From contig OZ296654.1 of NCBI GenBank assembly GCA_965655095.1, forward strand, positions 87,172,001-87,236,000: 64,000 nt of DNA, in the 5' to 3' direction. The notes under the pieces are model-generated. The model did no database searches, was not told where the DNA came from, and worked only from the letters and a program-made list of their open reading frames with translations. Each line of letters starts with the position of its first letter. The first letter of the stretch is position 1. The position numbers and the translations under genes were made by a program. Of this stretch, positions 60,421 through 64,000 are shown one piece after another. Origin of the DNA: Haplodiscus bocki (taxonomy: Eukaryota).

Positions 60421-63400
60421 AAGGAAAAAGGAAAATGATTTTTTTTCTGCAGTTGACCCTGGAGGGACTATCGTTTCGGACATCAATGCAGACTCATTTA
60501 GAGAAGAAGAACCTCATTTTGTCATCGTAGAGGCCTGCGACCGGCCACAGCTCCCGATAACTAACTCAGTCCCATTTGATTTAGCCGAAAAGACAAAATC
60601 AGGAAAAACCTCATTGCGGCTCCATGGATGTCTGTGACTTTTCTGACACGTATGATCACAATTTTGACAACCCAATTTCACCTTCAGCCGTGGAAAAAGA
60701 TAACGATTTTCAATATGGTATCAATTAAGACGTCAACTTTGTGTATTGGACTGAGACAGAAGGCCCAATTTGCTAGGGAAGAGTGCAAAACCTGTTAACC
60801 GAACTCCCGGGAGGATTCCCAATTATGATCCCATCCTTAAAATCATCCCTTGCGTCATCGCAACCTGGACCTAGAAACCTTCCAAGGCCACTTTTCGTGG
60901 CTCCGAAAAAGACTTGAAGCCGTCCTAATGCCTATCTCTGAAAAGAGATAAAGAAATCAAAATGGAAACCTCGATCGAAAAGTTCCAGACCGGGCACCAC
61001 TACCAATCAAACACCCTCCGTCAAGCAGCCCACCGATTTTTCTATCGGCAGTAGGCCGGTCATCTACTATTTCCAAAACCAACAGCACTGAACATCTTCA
61101 TTCTCTGGATTTGGCGATGAAATATTCGATGGAGCCTGACAGCAATCTCAGAAGAACACTACATGTAGCCGTCACTGGCAACCCTCTCCTCAGATCTCCG
61201 AGCAGAGGAAGGCCAGTTTCAAAACCAAAAAACTACGAGTCAAAGGTGGCAGCAAAATGAAAGTGTTTTTGTTGTGCACTTTGCTACCAACAAATTCAAT
61301 ACAACTCTGAACGTCCTATGCAAAAATTTTGATGTTGTCAAGGAATACGATTCTGGGTTATCAGTCAGGAGCTAGCACGCTATTGGGATAGACCAAACGG
61401 CATGTGTCCAAGGAAGACTTCAAAGTAGGAACGACTCGTTTATCCAGGCACTTGAGACATCAATGTTTGGATCAGCAGTCAACGCAAGAAGTCTAAGATA
61501 TACTAATTGCAGAAAACAATGGAATCGCGGCGCAGTGAGAGCAACTACAGGAGTGTATCAAGTTTAGGGATAAGCAATACCGCAGCGGGTAATGAAGAGA
61601 TGTTATAACACGGAAATTTCTTCCGATTTTTGCAAAGCGCTAGAACAAGGTTTTCTGCTAAAAAACTGATAGCGATGCATGTCTTCCACTTCACAGTGGG
61701 CAAATGCATTTCAACTTTTGATATTCACTTGTATATCTAATCTTGTGACAGATCCATTCATTGGTCTCTTCTCACCAACGGATATTCGAAAGACGATTTG
61801 GCACCGCTATCAATCGAGCATGTCACCACGCCTAGCCAGCTGATTACTGAGGGCTACCCCATGAGCAGGCTCCTATGAGTAGATAAGAAACACATTTTGA
61901 ACACTCCCGCTAAAATAAAAGTCTTGATCCTCCCAACATTTGAAACAACATTAAATTTTATGAGAAAATGAAGGCTGCCGATCACAATAACTTCACATGT
62001 TTTGATAACCATTACGCCCAATAAGTGTGGAAAAATATCACGGTAGCCACCCTGTTGTTCTGAGAGCATTGTAAGGAAAAACCGAAAACTCGATCAGAGA
62101 ATTCGTTGAAAACTGTGAGACAAATTTTGCAAAGTGGTCTTGAGAATACATGGGACATCCAAAATCGATTGTTCCTTATGATAAAGACTGGCGCCTTTCA
62201 AGATAATTTTCTGTCGGAAGGCCTCAAGTGTTCGAAAAAGGCTGGCAAAATCATTTACTTGACAAGGGTTGGAACGACGCTTTTTTCATAATATGGTTAA
62301 AACACGAAAAGTCAACAACCTGTAACCGTGTTATCATCATTTCGTTGACTGCTTTGGGAATCGCCGTAGTAATGAAAAACCAAGTATATGTTAACAAATT
62401 TGCCACAAACTAGATGAAAAGAGACCGAAAAAGCCCTGATGTTGGTGAAGAAAGGACAACAAAATAAAAAGAACGGGTAATGGTGATCAGCAAGAGACTG
62501 AAGCAATCCAGTTGGTTCGAGAAAAAGCTTCGTAACTGCCATGTAAGTAAGTATCGTCCGGTTTCGATTATATTTTTTACTTTTCACGTCAGACTATGCT
62601 CAATTTGTAAATTTGTGGGGTCCATTTTATTAGAATGTGATGACAACTCCAGTGATTTTTACTTGGTCGTCTGTTGGAGCGTACAATCTACAGTCTGGAA
62701 TGCTTCTTATGCAACGTTAAAAACGCAAATGAATAATAATTGATGGAGGAAATCGAAGAGAAGCCAAAATAGAGCCATAAATTGCCCATAGAGTTGAAAG
62801 AATTGGAAATTTTCAGCTGAAAAACTCCAAGTGGATGCTTCGCTACTGTCCACCAACAATGTTGAAACAGTCTTCGCAATCAGCAAGCGTTTTCGGAAGA
62901 GACTAGAAAACCCAAAATCAGGAAGAATGTCTCAAACAAAGTTTGCAGTAAAACTAGGTGACAGCAGTTTCGACAGTACTGAGACCACATGAAGCCAGTT
63001 TGAACATTACTATCCAAATCGTGATCGACTGAGACTGATCCTAACTTTTTTGAATAGTGATTAGTGAAATGGAGCCAAGAAACCCCTCATCATCTGGTGC
63101 TTCAATGAAGAAAAAAACAACTGTTTTCGAAAACGAAATTTACCCTATCTGACCTTTACCGAATTGTCTTGCTTTGAAGTGGAGAAGATGCCAGAAAGAT
63201 TAATCTCTCCAATGTTAGCAAAATTTAATATTCCGCGTCCGTGTACTGATGTTACGTTGATGCGAGGATTCAAATTGAAGAACTTAGCTCCAACTTTTTT
63301 TTCTAATCATTTCACCCAACAAGGAAACCTTGCAGTGCTAACGGTTCCTAAAACAAGCGCTCTCAACAAGAGCTGTTTATGCTTTAGCCAGAGAAAGGAC

Positions 63401-64000
63401 ATTCAACTCAACACCATCGAAAGAACAAAAAATACCTTCTTCAGTGCATAGAAGAAGTCCAAACGAAAGTTTTTTTATAAGACGAAAAAATTCAACCACC
63501 TGTTTTTTTCCTTAGCTTTTCATCCTTTCAAGGTGACCAAAAAAAGGTAGTGGAGACAAAATTTTTATTTAAAAAAAACGACATTAGTGGGTGGGGCCAG
63601 AAAAAATAGACCTTTTTAGAATGGACAAAAAAGAAACTAAAGAAAATACAGAGAAAAGAAGTTGCCACATTTTCTGCTGTGATGCACCAAAGATGATGTG
63701 GTACTGAATTTAAGTTGTTGCAGTAACTTTACATAGTGATTTCACAAGCAGTGAAAAGCATATTGCCTCAAGTCGCCGGAAATTTTGAGAGAAACACTCA
63801 TTGGGAAAGCCAAGATCATAAGTTTTCATTTGATCATCAGAAATTTTGAGGAACTTCGCTGCACCAATTTTCATCTCAAAAACCACCTGAGAATGATGTT
63901 AGTGCAATTTCCAATCTCGCCCTTCCGCAAAAAAGGCATTGATGACAATCAAACGATCTGAATTACAGATCTAAATGAAATCAACTGCTTTTCCTCAATA

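Overview
AT-rich eukaryotic DNA, most consistent with an invertebrate animal genome and dominated by mobile elements. No host gene, rRNA, tRNA or CRISPR array could be supported. (1) A near-intact CR1/L2-group LINE at about 4.6-8.7 kb. (2) A second CR1-group LINE at 10194-14754, bounded by a CAGCAA target-site duplication inside a decayed Ty3/gypsy element. It has three ORFs: an SGNH-like ORF0, a PHD-type ORF1, and an ATG-less ORF2 that follows ORF1 in frame across a TGA-CTA readthrough-type stop. (3) A full-length (about 22.3 kb) but heavily frameshifted Polinton/Maverick (adintovirus-like) endogenous virus at 36500-58761. It encodes pPolB, an rve integrase, major capsid protein, an A32-type ATPase, two penton paralogues, an adenain protease, membrane-active proteins and an HTH protein, plus a triplicated RING-finger cassette. 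Its most striking features: doubled terminal motifs enclose a 94-aa ORF, the only clearly intact ORF of that size in the element, inside a 744-bp block that appears identical in both arms; nearly all genes start with a poxvirus-like TAAATG initiator; and the RING cassette was amplified after it was inactivated. Together these suggest (inference) a helper-dependent, virophage-like or defective Polinton that kept being rearranged after its genes decayed. The rest is degenerate gypsy remnants, MITE-like elements and simple repeats. All alignments were done by eye.
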